From: a virus
Lineage: Duplodnaviria > Caudoviricetes
DNA length: 27,712 bases
Strand: one strand, 5' to 3'
Virus record (IMG/VR): IMGVR_UViG_3300037465_000174
Location: 1-27,712 of that record
The stretch's first letter is position 1. Every line of letters starts with the position of its first letter. The position numbers and the translations under genes are program-made. The notes beneath the pieces were generated by a model. It was not told the DNA's origin, searched no databases, and saw nothing but the letters and a program-made list of their open reading frames with translations. Shown here piece by piece: positions 17,114-25,099 of this stretch.

Positions 17114-18832
17114 ATGACGACCTTTGACATCAACCCGACTCCTAGTGAAGCCGCGATGGAATACATCCGGCGGAAGGCCGTGGTTTCCCGAGATGTGTGG
17201 GACGCGATGGTGCCGGAGCTGCGCGCTTATGCGTTCACGGTTTCCGGTGTGGAGGCCGCCGACACCTTGCAGGCCATGCGCGATGCCATCGCGGCGATAC
17301 CCGGCGGCGCGGATTACGAAACAGTGAGGGGTGAAGTGGAGCGGCTGCTGAATGAGGCACTGCCACCGGAGCCGACGTTGCTCGACGATCCTGCGGAGGC
17401 GGAGAAGCGCGCGGCGCAAATGCGGCGGCGGGCGGAGTTCATTGTGCGGAGTCAGGTGAACGCCGGTTATGCGGCGGTGGCGCACAAGGAGCTGTCAGAT
17501 TACAAGGATGTGTTCACCCACTGGAGGTACATCACGGTGGGGGATCACCGGGTGCGTGAGTCGCACGCGGCGCTCGACGGTGCGATACTGCCGAGCACGC
17601 ATGAATTTTGGAAGACTCACTTCCCCCCATGGGAGTTTGGGTGCCGCTGCCAGGTGGTGGGCATCACGCCGCGTGAGGTGGACGAGGTGCGCGCGAAAGA
17701 AGGCGGACTGAAGCCCGAACGACGAACCCTGATTGAGGGCGAGGAGCTGAAGCGGCTGGAGGATGAGCGCGCCGTGTGGCGCGAGGTAAATGGCGTCCCC
17801 AAAAAGATCAGCGTGGCTGCGCCAGCGGAGCGCGGGGATAGCAACCCGTGGCGCTTTGATCCTGGTGATCTGTCCGTACAATTCGCGGACCTTCGCGCGC
17901 GCTACGATGAGACGACGTGGAAGCTGTTTGAAGCCTGGGCACACCGGGCGGAGATCGGCGACGGGAGGACGGTTTGGGAATGGCTGGCGGGGGCGCTCAA
18001 TCGAGGCGATGAGCGAAAGCCGAAATCCGAAAGAGCGGCGAGAGCGCCGAAGGCGGCGGACTTCGAGAAAGCCGCGTCGCGAGCGCTGCGCACTGCTGGC
18101 GTTAAGACGAGCGCCAGCTTCAAAGGCGCGCATGTGGACGTGGCGCGGCAGATGAGCGAGAGCATCGTGGAGCACGCGCGGGACTACCCCGAGGCGCTGG
18201 CGCGGCTGGAGTTCTTTGGCACAAGTGCCGGGCAACCTGCGTGGGTGAAGGCCCGATATGAGGCGGAAGTGCGGCAGTGGTTTGAGAGCTACTACGATTA
18301 CATACCAGACCCCGCTCTGCGCGCGAAGCTCATCGAGAAAGGGGTGAAGCGCGAACTGAGCCGCAAAGTCGCACGCGTGAACAGGGCGGTTGCCTTTGTA
18401 ACTGGAGACAAGACGCGGCTGGTGGTGAATCCGCTCATGACAAAAGACGGGCCGGAGGTGTCGGAGAGCTTCAAGCGCGCCACGGCCAGCGGCTGGTGGC
18501 CGCGCACCGTGCCGGAGGACAAGATTTACAAAGCCATCACCGACCACGAGATGGGCCATGCGATGCACAACGCGTGCGGCGCGCACAATGATCCGGCGAT
18601 GCGGAGCCTTTACTTTACCGAGCTGAGCGACGCTACGGACGCCGAGGCGCGAGACAAACTGAGCCTCTATGCGCGCACAAGCCTGAAGGAGATGATAGCG
18701 GAGAGCTGGGCAGAGTTTCGCAACGCGGCCCAGCCGCGCGAGCTGGCGCGCACCGTATCCGAGTTACTGGTGAGGATTTACCGTGCGAGATTTCCATTGA
18801 GAAAGAACCCCAACACGACACCCACGCCATGA
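17114..18832 (+). CDS. MuF (gp30/SPP1 gp7-like) head protein fused to a C-terminal zincin-like domain
   Basis: AFTVSGV and WRYITVGDHRVRESHAALDG...FWKTHFPPWEFGCRCQV; C-terminal HEMGH and SLYARTSLKEMIAE. Confidence 0.88.
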   Translation: MTTFDINPTPSEAAMEYIRRKAVVSRDVWDAMVPELRAYAFTVSGVEAADTLQAMRDAIAAIPGGADYETVRGEVERLLNEALPPEPTLLDDPAEAEKRAAQMRRRAEFIVRSQVNAGYAAVAHKELSDYKDVFTHWRYITVGDHRVRESHAALDGAILPSTHEFWKTHFPPWEFGCRCQVVGITPREVDEVRAKEGGLKPERRTLIEGEELKRLEDERAVWREVNGVPKKISVAAPAERGDSNPWRFDPGDLSVQFADLRARYDETTWKLFEAWAHRAEIGDGRTVWEWLAGALNRGDERKPKSERAARAPKAADFEKAASRALRTAGVKTSASFKGAHVDVARQMSESIVEHARDYPEALARLEFFGTSAGQPAWVKARYEAEVRQWFESYYDYIPDPALRAKLIEKGVKRELSRKVARVNRAVAFVTGDKTRLVVNPLMTKDGPEVSESFKRATASGWWPRTVPEDKIYKAITDHEMGHAMHNACGAHNDPAMRSLYFTELSDATDAEARDKLSLYARTSLKEMIAESWAEFRNAAQPRELARTVSELLVRIYRARFPLRKNPNTTPTP

Positions 18833-19023
18833 CCTTTGAACCGCCTGACTGCCTGGTATGCAGACACTACGACCGCGCAGCACGGGGACATCCCCCGCGC
18901 TGTAGGGCATTCCCTGACGGCATCCCTGCCGAGGTGTGGGGTGGCTATGTGGAGCACGTGGAGCCGCTGGAGGGGGACGGCGGCATCCGATTTGAGCGGG
19001 ATGAGGAGGCGGACTTGATATGA
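18829..19023 (+). CDS. Cys/His-rich small protein, putative partner/immunity of the MuF extension
   Basis: CLVCRH...CRAFPDGIP...H..P..GDGGIRFE; ATGA-coupled to MuF. Confidence 0.7.
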   Translation: MTFEPPDCLVCRHYDRAARGHPPRCRAFPDGIPAEVWGGYVEHVEPLEGDGGIRFERDEEADLI

Positions 19024-19697
19024 TCAACGAGGTGATGGACATTAGCGAGACGGGGGCGGATACGCTCCCTCCCGTGGAGGGCATCGGCCTGGCGAACACG
19101 CTGCGCTGCGAGGGTGTGGCAGACGAGGAGGCTCTCCTGTACAAGCATGAGGGGTGGCTGAAGACGCTGGCGGGATCATTTGAGCATCACAATCCCGGTG
19201 TGGGGTTTGACGATATGATGCAAGCGGGGCGGCTGGCGCTGCTGAAGCACGCCGAGACGTTCAATCCGGCGCATGGCGGCAGCCTGCTGGGCTACAGCAA
19301 GCACGGCGTGGTGCAGGCCATGCTGCGCGTGGTGGCCTTTGAAGGGCCGGTGATGCGGCGGCCAACGCATGGCGGGTATCGCGCGGCCCCCATACCGATC
19401 CGCGAGAGCCTGGATGAACTGGTTCAAGATGGGCTGCCGCTGCACGAGAGGCTGGAAGCCCCGGCTGCACGGGATGAGGTGGAAGACCGCGAGCACCGCG
19501 CGCTGCTGGCCGTGTGGCTTGAGGAGCTGCCCACGGTGCAACGAGAGATTCTAAAAGCGCTGTACCTGAAAGGTATGAGCCTGCGAGAGATCGGCGCGGA
19601 GCGCGGGGTGAGCTACCAGGCCGTACACTATCAGGCGATGGCCGCAGTGGAGAGATTAAGAAGGAAAGCAGCGAAGCATTTAACCTGCGGCGTTTAG
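19020..19697 (+). CDS. Sigma-70 family alternative sigma factor
   Basis: Region 2 DDMMQAGRLALLKHAETFNPAHG...Y; region 4 LPTVQREIL...YLKGMSLREIGAERGVSYQAV...AVERLR. Confidence 0.85.
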   Translation: MINEVMDISETGADTLPPVEGIGLANTLRCEGVADEEALLYKHEGWLKTLAGSFEHHNPGVGFDDMMQAGRLALLKHAETFNPAHGGSLLGYSKHGVVQAMLRVVAFEGPVMRRPTHGGYRAAPIPIRESLDELVQDGLPLHERLEAPAARDEVEDREHRALLAVWLEELPTVQREILKALYLKGMSLREIGAERGVSYQAVHYQAMAAVERLRRKAAKHLTCGV

Positions 19698-19707
19698 AGG
19701 AGCAACA

Positions 19708-19896
19708 GTGAGCACGATTAACACAGAACCCCGCTCACGGACAGGAGTGTCCGTGTCACGGAAATTTCCGCGCGGGACGGCGCTGATCGCCGCGAGGGCG
19801 CGAGAGCGCGGCCTGATGTGGCACCCCACGCACAGCGGGTTTGAGGTTAGGGAGCTGGATCGCGTGCTGTGCCTGCCGAACGAGGACGCGTGCTGA
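19708..19896 (+). CDS. Small hypothetical protein
   Basis: GAGGAG plus GTG start. Confidence 0.45.
   Translation: MSTINTEPRSRTGVSVSRKFPRGTALIAARARERGLMWHPTHSGFEVRELDRVLCLPNEDAC
19725..19759 (+). repeat. REP-like hairpin family A, covariant copy
   Basis: AGAACCCCGCT-CACGGACA-GGAG-TGTCCGTG-TCAC. Confidence 0.75.
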
Positions 19897-19976
19897 TGGT
19901 GGAGAGTGAGCGCGATGTCTTTGTTTATGCGGGACTTGCATGGAGGTCTCCGAGGGAAAGGAATATTGAACGATGA
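19896..19976 (+). CDS. 26-aa coupling mini-ORF
   Basis: TGATG overlap upstream and ATGA overlap downstream. Confidence 0.3.
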   Translation: MVESERDVFVYAGLAWRSPRERNIER

Positions 19977-20197
19977 AACCGAAGAGCAGAGAGGCGATGC
20001 TGAGGCTGGCCGTTTTTGACACGGTGCGGACACCGGGGCGGCGTTACACGATCCTGGAGATCGCGCAGGCGACGGGATGGTCGCGCGCGCTGGTGTGGCT
20101 TATTGAGAAGCGCGCCATCGAGAAGATGCGGCGCGTGGCGAGAGAGAGGGGGGCTTTGAATGACAACGCAGACAGGGAGGTCTGCGCCAATCTATGA
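19973..20197 (+). CDS. Stand-alone sigma-region-4-like HTH protein
   Basis: YTILEIAQATGWSRALVWLIEKRAIEKMR parallels the sigma 4.2 pattern TLEEIG...SRERVRQIE.RAL.KLR. Confidence 0.7.
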   Translation: MKPKSREAMLRLAVFDTVRTPGRRYTILEIAQATGWSRALVWLIEKRAIEKMRRVARERGALNDNADREVCANL

Positions 20198-20721
20198 ACA
20201 TCACGATCAAACAAGACACGATCACGCCGGATTTGCGCGCGGTGGCGGGGGCGCTGGAGGATGCGACGCCGCTGATGAGGGCTATTGGAGTGGGCATCGT
20301 GAGTGACACAAAGCGTGCGTTCAATGAGGCGGAGCTGCGCGCCGCGCCATGGGCTGCGAAGAGGGATGGATCGGTGGCTACGCTGAAGAAGAGCACGGCG
20401 CTCTTCCGAAGCATACGCGTGATCGGCGCGGACAGCGGCAGTGTGACGGTGGGCAGCGACCGGCCCTATGCGGCGATTCACCAGCTCGGTGGCAAGACGA
20501 GGCCGCGCGTGATAACGGCGAACGGCGGGGCGCTGTCCTTTGTGATCGGCGGTGTGCGCGTGGTGCGAAAGAAAGTGAAGCATCCGGGGTCGAAGATTCC
20601 GGCGCGCCCGTTTTTTCCCTTCACGAGCGGCGGCGGGATCACAGCGGCGGGAGAGCGTACAGTGCGCGGCGTGATCGAGCAGTACATCAAGGCGCGCGGC
20701 GGGACGGGCGGGGTGGCGTGA
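20194..20721 (+). CDS. Mu gpG-like virion morphogenesis protein
   Basis: PLMRAIG...F....PWA, VGSDRPYAAIHQLGG and IPARPFFP. Confidence 0.88.
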   Translation: MNITIKQDTITPDLRAVAGALEDATPLMRAIGVGIVSDTKRAFNEAELRAAPWAAKRDGSVATLKKSTALFRSIRVIGADSGSVTVGSDRPYAAIHQLGGKTRPRVITANGGALSFVIGGVRVVRKKVKHPGSKIPARPFFPFTSGGGITAAGERTVRGVIEQYIKARGGTGGVA

Positions 20722-20745
20722 AGGGGAAAGACCCAAGGCGGCCCG

Positions 20746-20780
20746 AGAACTCCGCCCACAGGCTGGAGAGCCCGTGACGC
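20746..20780 (+). repeat. REP-like hairpin family A copy
   Basis: AGAACTCCGCC-CACAGGCT-GGAG-AGCCCGTG-ACGC. Confidence 0.75.
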
Positions 20781-20791
20781 GCGGCGCGAGG

Positions 20792-20853
20792 TGAGTCATT
20801 GCGCGGATTCGCGCGCGGTGAGTCATGCGCGAATTCAGGCTGTCTATCCACGG
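20792..20853 (+). promoter_or_regulatory. Putative rightward late promoter
   Basis: TGAGTCATTGCGCGGATTCGCGCGCG (23/26 identical to 8579-8554), a partial tandem copy at 20819, CTGTCTATCCACGG at 20840, ATG at 20861. Confidence 0.65.
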
Positions 20854-20860
20854 GAAGCCC

Positions 20861-22093
20861 ATGCGTCCGCGCGTCAAATCCAGCAGCTCCACCAAAGCGC
20901 CCGCCTTCTTCCCTTGCTTCATCGGCCCGGTGATCGCCGGGGCGATGAGCGGCGACACGCTGCCGCGCCGGGTGAAGATCGCCAACTGGGGTGAGAACAT
21001 CGCACGCAGCCACGACGGCGAGGAGGGCCGCAAGTTTTTCGTGACGGCCCACACGGCGGCCACGCTACCGACGATGCAGAAGCGCCGGGGCTTCGATAAA
21101 ATTGCGCTGGACTTCGAGCACCAGACGATGCCAGGACACCCTAATTACATGAAGCCGCCGCACGAAGTGGCGGGGCACGGCTACATTGAATGCGTGGAGG
21201 GCGATGGTCTTTACTACGCGGCGGCGAGCTACACGAGCGACGGCGAGAGGTTCGCAAGCCACTACCCGGACGTATCCGGTGTCTTTTGGACAAACGCGCG
21301 CGGCGAGGTGCTCTTCGTGAGCAGTGTGGCGCTATGTCAGCAGGGCGCGGTGGAAGGCATGGAGTTCCGCGAGGCCGAGATGATCGCGGCGAGCATTGGC
21401 CGAGCCTACGGCCTGGACGACGCGCCGATCACCGACGACATGGCGCGCGAGGAATCGGGCCGCATCATCGCGCTGGCGCGCGAGATGATCGGCTTTGGTG
21501 AAGACGCGACGAGCAAAGACATCGCCGACGCAATGGAGGCGTGGATGCGCCAGCGCCGCCGCGAGGCCGAGCTGAGAAGCCAGTCCGAGAAATCCGAAAT
21601 CCGAAACCCGAAATCCGAAACACCGAACTCCGAGACTCCTATGGACGCCGAAACCAAAGCCCTGATCGAAGCTCAGAATAATCAAATCAACAACCTCGCC
21701 GCGAGTGTGAAGCTGCTGGCCGATCGCGACGCGGAGCGTGTGAAGCGGGACGAGGTCGCCGCGCACAACGCGCGAGTCGAAAGGGTGATCGCCGCCGCCG
21801 TGCAGGCGGGAAAAGTCGTGCCTGCGACCGTGAAAGCGAAGGACGACCAAGGCCGCTACATACTTGACGCAGACCAAGCCGAGGACATCCTCGAAGCCAT
21901 CCCGGCATCGGTGCCAACGCAATTCCAGGGCGGCCAGGCGCGGCCAGGAGCCGATACGATCACGGCGAGCACCGCCGATGAAGACGTGGTGTGCGCGAGC
22001 CTAGGCATCTCGATGGATGAGTGGAAGAGGGGCGCCACAGTGATCAAGCGCGCGCTTGAGCCTGCGCCGTCCGGTGTGCCTTTGGTGGCGTAA
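20861..22093 (+). CDS. Mu gpI-like prohead protease/scaffold
   Basis: IALDFEHQT, AGHG, YTSDG, YPDVSGVF, SVAL and a C-terminal VCASLGIS..EW. Start taken downstream of the predicted promoter. Confidence 0.85.
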   Translation: MRPRVKSSSSTKAPAFFPCFIGPVIAGAMSGDTLPRRVKIANWGENIARSHDGEEGRKFFVTAHTAATLPTMQKRRGFDKIALDFEHQTMPGHPNYMKPPHEVAGHGYIECVEGDGLYYAAASYTSDGERFASHYPDVSGVFWTNARGEVLFVSSVALCQQGAVEGMEFREAEMIAASIGRAYGLDDAPITDDMAREESGRIIALAREMIGFGEDATSKDIADAMEAWMRQRRREAELRSQSEKSEIRNPKSETPNSETPMDAETKALIEAQNNQINNLAASVKLLADRDAERVKRDEVAAHNARVERVIAAAVQAGKVVPATVKAKDDQGRYILDADQAEDILEAIPASVPTQFQGGQARPGADTITASTADEDVVCASLGISMDEWKRGATVIKRALEPAPSGVPLVA

Positions 22094-22106
22094 GCCGCAA
22101 CCCCTA

Positions 22107-22141
22107 CCAACTCCGCTCGCGGGCTGGAAAGTCTGTGCCAC
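22107..22141 (+). repeat. REP-like hairpin family A copy
   Basis: CCAACTCCGCT-CGCGGGCT-GGAA-AGTCTGTG-CCAC. Confidence 0.75.
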
Positions 22142-22144
22142 AAA

Positions 22145-22741
22145 ATGAAAACCCTCGCATTTTACCTCATGATTTTTGGAAATCCGTATGACTCGCCGAC
22201 GCGCAATGATGACACGCACAGCGTGCCGATGCGCGCGGATGCGACCTTCAGCGCGGGCCGGATCGTGTGCGTGGACGGCGAGGGCTACGCCGCCGAGGCG
22301 GCGGACGCCGCCGGGCTGATCGTGCTGGGGCGATGTCGTGAGGCCGTGGATGCCGCGGGACTGAACGACGGGGAGGGAAGGTGTGTGTTCGATGTGGGCG
22401 TGTTCGCCTACACAAACAGCGCTGCGCACCCCGTGCTCCCTCACCACTACGGGCGGCCTGTGTTTATCGAGGACGATGTGACGATCCGCGCCACGCCGGG
22501 GGCGAACAACGTGTTCGCGGGCTTTGCGCGCGGATTCACCGGCTCACAGGTGTGGGTGGACATGAGGCCGCTGCCGATGATCGCGGCATGGTTTGGCAAC
22601 CACGCGCAAGCCAATTTCAGAATCTCAACCAACGCGAGCGGTGTGCCGGTCTTCCAGCTCTGGAACCAAGACAGGGTGAGGTGGCAGACGGTGCAACTGC
22701 GCGGCGTGAGCGGTGCGGAGCGCCTCATCGTTCAAGCCTGA
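22145..22741 (+). CDS. Head decoration/cement-like protein, paralog 1
   Basis: FSAGRIV...GYA.EAADAAGL.VLG and YGRPVFIEDDVTI; lies between protease and capsid. Confidence 0.6.
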   Translation: MKTLAFYLMIFGNPYDSPTRNDDTHSVPMRADATFSAGRIVCVDGEGYAAEAADAAGLIVLGRCREAVDAAGLNDGEGRCVFDVGVFAYTNSAAHPVLPHHYGRPVFIEDDVTIRATPGANNVFAGFARGFTGSQVWVDMRPLPMIAAWFGNHAQANFRISTNASGVPVFQLWNQDRVRWQTVQLRGVSGAERLIVQA

Positions 22742-22798
22742 TGCTGTCTTCTAATCCAAACCCCAAACCCAACACAACATCCCAAGGAGTAAACGACC

Positions 22799-23206
22799 AT
22801 GCCAGCAGCCACTGCCGAATACGACGCGCCGAAGCGCGCAGGAACCAACATCAAGCTCACTGTTCCAAACGGGTTGACCTTTTTCGCCGGCACCCTCGCC
22901 GCGTTCAACACGAGCACGAACGCCGTGGTTAAAGCGACGGACGCCGCGAACACCAAAGCCATCGGCACTGTGGAGAGGAACGCGGCTGAGACCGAGGCGC
23001 TGGTGATCAACCGCGAGCCCGCCTGGATGAAGAACAGCAGCACAGCCCCGCTGACCATCGCCGACTTCGGAGACGTGTGCTTGATCGAAGACGACACCAC
23101 GGTGGCTAAGACGAGCACGAACAGCGCGCGCGCCGGCGTGGTGCTGGGTGTCGAGACGGTGAACGGCCAGAGCTACGTGCTCGTGGACTTCAGCAATAAC
23201 TTCTAA
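22799..23206 (+). CDS. Head decoration/cement-like protein, paralog 2
   Basis: FFAGTLA...KATDAANTKAIG and FGDVCLIEDDTTV...AGVV. Confidence 0.65.
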   Translation: MPAATAEYDAPKRAGTNIKLTVPNGLTFFAGTLAAFNTSTNAVVKATDAANTKAIGTVERNAAETEALVINREPAWMKNSSTAPLTIADFGDVCLIEDDTTVAKTSTNSARAGVVLGVETVNGQSYVLVDFSNNF

Positions 23207-23223
23207 CCCGCCACTAATCCACT

Positions 23224-23250
23224 GACGGGCTGAAGCCCAAAACACAAACC
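23224..23250 (+). repeat. REP-like hairpin family B copy
   Basis: GACGGGCTGAAGCCCAAAACACAAACC, 24/27 identical to the copy at 12856. Confidence 0.7.
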
Positions 23251-23270
23251 TCACCCTAGAACACACTCGT

Positions 23271-24182
23271 ATGCAAGTCTCCCAAGCGAGAATCGAGGCC
23301 ATCATGAAGGGCTTCGCCATCAAATTCGACGCCGGTTTTCAGGGCGCTGCCGCGCCGCTGTATGAGCGACTGACCGACACCATCCCCAGCAGCGCGATGG
23401 TGGAAGAATACGACTTCCTGACCGCCCTGCCAGGAATTAGAGAGCTGGTGGATGAGGTGCAGATCAACAATCTGCGCGCCGCCGGATTCACTATCCGCAA
23501 CAAAGAATGGGAGAGCACCATCGGCCTGAAGGTGGTGGATGTTCAGGGAGACCGCCTGGGGCTGTACAGCCGTAACGCACAGATCATGGGTGAAGTCGCG
23601 AGACAGCACCCGGATGAGCTGCTGGCGTCCCTGCTCTCCGCCGGATTCACCAATGGCCTGGACTACACGGGCACGGCTTTCTTTGGCACAAACAAGAGAG
23701 CCTACGCGGGGGCCGCGCAGTTCACCAACGTCACCACAGGCCGCCTGACCGAGGCGCGCCTGGCCGCAGGCATCGCGAACATCAAGAGCCGCGTGAATGC
23801 GAAGGGCCGCCCGATGGGCCTGGGTCGTAACCTGGTGCTCGTGGTCTCCCCGACCTATGAGCAGAGTGCCAAGAATATCCTACTTGCCGAGAAAAACGCA
23901 AATGGCGCGGACAACATGCTGCGCAACGCCGCTAAGCTGGAGTCGTGGCCTCAACTGGCCGTCAACGGCATGGAGCACACGTGGTTCTTGTTCGAGGCAG
24001 GAAGCATGATGAAACCCTTCATGCACCAGGAGCTGCTGCCGTGGCAGTATTACGCCATCACCAACCCAAATGATTCTTACGTTGTAACGAAGAAGCAGTT
24101 CCTATGGCAAAGCTACAGAATCGCCAACATGGGCTACGGTCTGCCGGAGCTGGCATACGGCAGCGATGGCACGGTGGCCTGA
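23271..24182 (+). CDS. Major capsid protein, Mu gpT-like
   Basis: PSS...EEYDFL..LPGIRE, TIRNKEWESTI, HPDEL, YTGTAFF, LVVSP and GYGLPELAYGSDG. Confidence 0.93.
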   Translation: MQVSQARIEAIMKGFAIKFDAGFQGAAAPLYERLTDTIPSSAMVEEYDFLTALPGIRELVDEVQINNLRAAGFTIRNKEWESTIGLKVVDVQGDRLGLYSRNAQIMGEVARQHPDELLASLLSAGFTNGLDYTGTAFFGTNKRAYAGAAQFTNVTTGRLTEARLAAGIANIKSRVNAKGRPMGLGRNLVLVVSPTYEQSAKNILLAEKNANGADNMLRNAAKLESWPQLAVNGMEHTWFLFEAGSMMKPFMHQELLPWQYYAITNPNDSYVVTKKQFLWQSYRIANMGYGLPELAYGSDGTVA

Positions 24183-24214
24183 TGAAATCTCCCTCGCTAG
24201 CCGCAACACCTGAA

Positions 24215-24253
24215 TCCCCTTCGCGCGCACCTGCGGGCGCCGAGCGAAGGGGA
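24215..24253 (+). terminator. Stem-loop after the capsid gene (attenuator or stabiliser)
   Basis: TCCCCTTCGC...GCGAAGGGGA 10-bp stem; no U-tract on the + strand. Confidence 0.35.
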
Positions 24254-24287
24254 GAGGTAAAGATGAAAAAATCAAAGCTGAAATTTT

Positions 24288-24638
24288 ATGAGAGCAAAGA
24301 ATGTTACTGAGACGAAGGGAGCCACTCCGGGGATAGTGGCCGCCAGCAACCCGGCTGGCTTTCGCCAGGGTATCGCGGCGACGGTGCCGGGGACACTGTT
24401 TGGCAGCGTGCCAGCTGCGAAGCAACGCCTCAACGAGGCGCTGGCCCGCGCGGTAAATGCGCTGAAGGAGGGCGCGGAGAATGCCGCCGCCGTGCTGGCC
24501 GACTTGCGCGCCACGACAGTGACGGGCGATGAGGAGGGCCGCACGGGAGCGGAGGTGATCCTGGGAGATGAGCTGGCGCATTACGAGGCGCTGATTCACG
24601 ACGCGGCGGAAGCCGCGAAGCAACTGCGCGGCGACTGA
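24288..24638 (+). CDS. Hypothetical protein (gp35 position)
   Basis: Open frame between capsid and gp36. Confidence 0.6.
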   Translation: MRAKNVTETKGATPGIVAASNPAGFRQGIAATVPGTLFGSVPAAKQRLNEALARAVNALKEGAENAAAVLADLRATTVTGDEEGRTGAEVILGDELAHYEALIHDAAEAAKQLRGD

Positions 24639-24676
24639 ACGCGCGCCACTGAAACTCTGAAACACAACAGCGCGTC

Positions 24677-25099
24677 ATGTATCTGGAGTGGGCCGACCTC
24701 ATCACCGAAATCCCGGCGGACTTCGCGACGGGCGCGCTGGATGATGACAACGACGGCAGTGCCGAGATGTTTGACGCCGTGGCCGAGGCCGCGAGCCGGG
24801 AGGTGGATGCCTACCTGGAAGGTCGCTACACGGTGCCGCTGACTGATGACCCGCTGCCCGCGATCGTCAAAAGCGCGGCAGTGCTTTTTTGTGCCGAAAA
24901 GTGCTACAGCCGACGGGGGCAGAGTGAGCGTTTCCCTATTGAGGCAAAGACGCGGCTGCAAGGTCTGGTGAACACGCTGAAGGCGATCCGCGATGGGAAG
25001 ACGCAACTCCTTCCCGGACGCGCGAGCAAGAAGCTGCGCGGGGCGATGACGACCGGCGCGGCGCGGACGCACAGCAGCGCAGGCTTTCTTAATTGTTAA
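24677..25099 (+). CDS. Mu gp36/DUF1320-like head-tail connector
   Basis: MYLEWADL, ASREVDAYLEGRYTVPL and LKAIRDGK. Confidence 0.88.
   Translation: MYLEWADLITEIPADFATGALDDDNDGSAEMFDAVAEAASREVDAYLEGRYTVPLTDDPLPAIVKSAAVLFCAEKCYSRRGQSERFPIEAKTRLQGLVNTLKAIRDGKTQLLPGRASKKLRGAMTTGAARTHSSAGFLNC

Noticed and set aside
17495-18586. Long antisense ORFs (also 20044-21063, 26753-27571, 7688-8350, 13244-14002)
   Set aside because: Shadow ORFs opposite well-supported genes in GC-rich DNA, with no recognisable motifs.
3443-22141. 35-nt palindromic repeats as a CRISPR array
   Set aside because: Copies are dispersed hundreds to thousands of bp apart, degenerate, without regular spacers, and no cas genes are present.
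24216-24228. CCCCTTCGCGCGC matching part of the left late-promoter box
   Set aside because: A 13-nt GC-rich match is expected by chance at this size; it lacks TGAGTCATT and is explained by the local stem.
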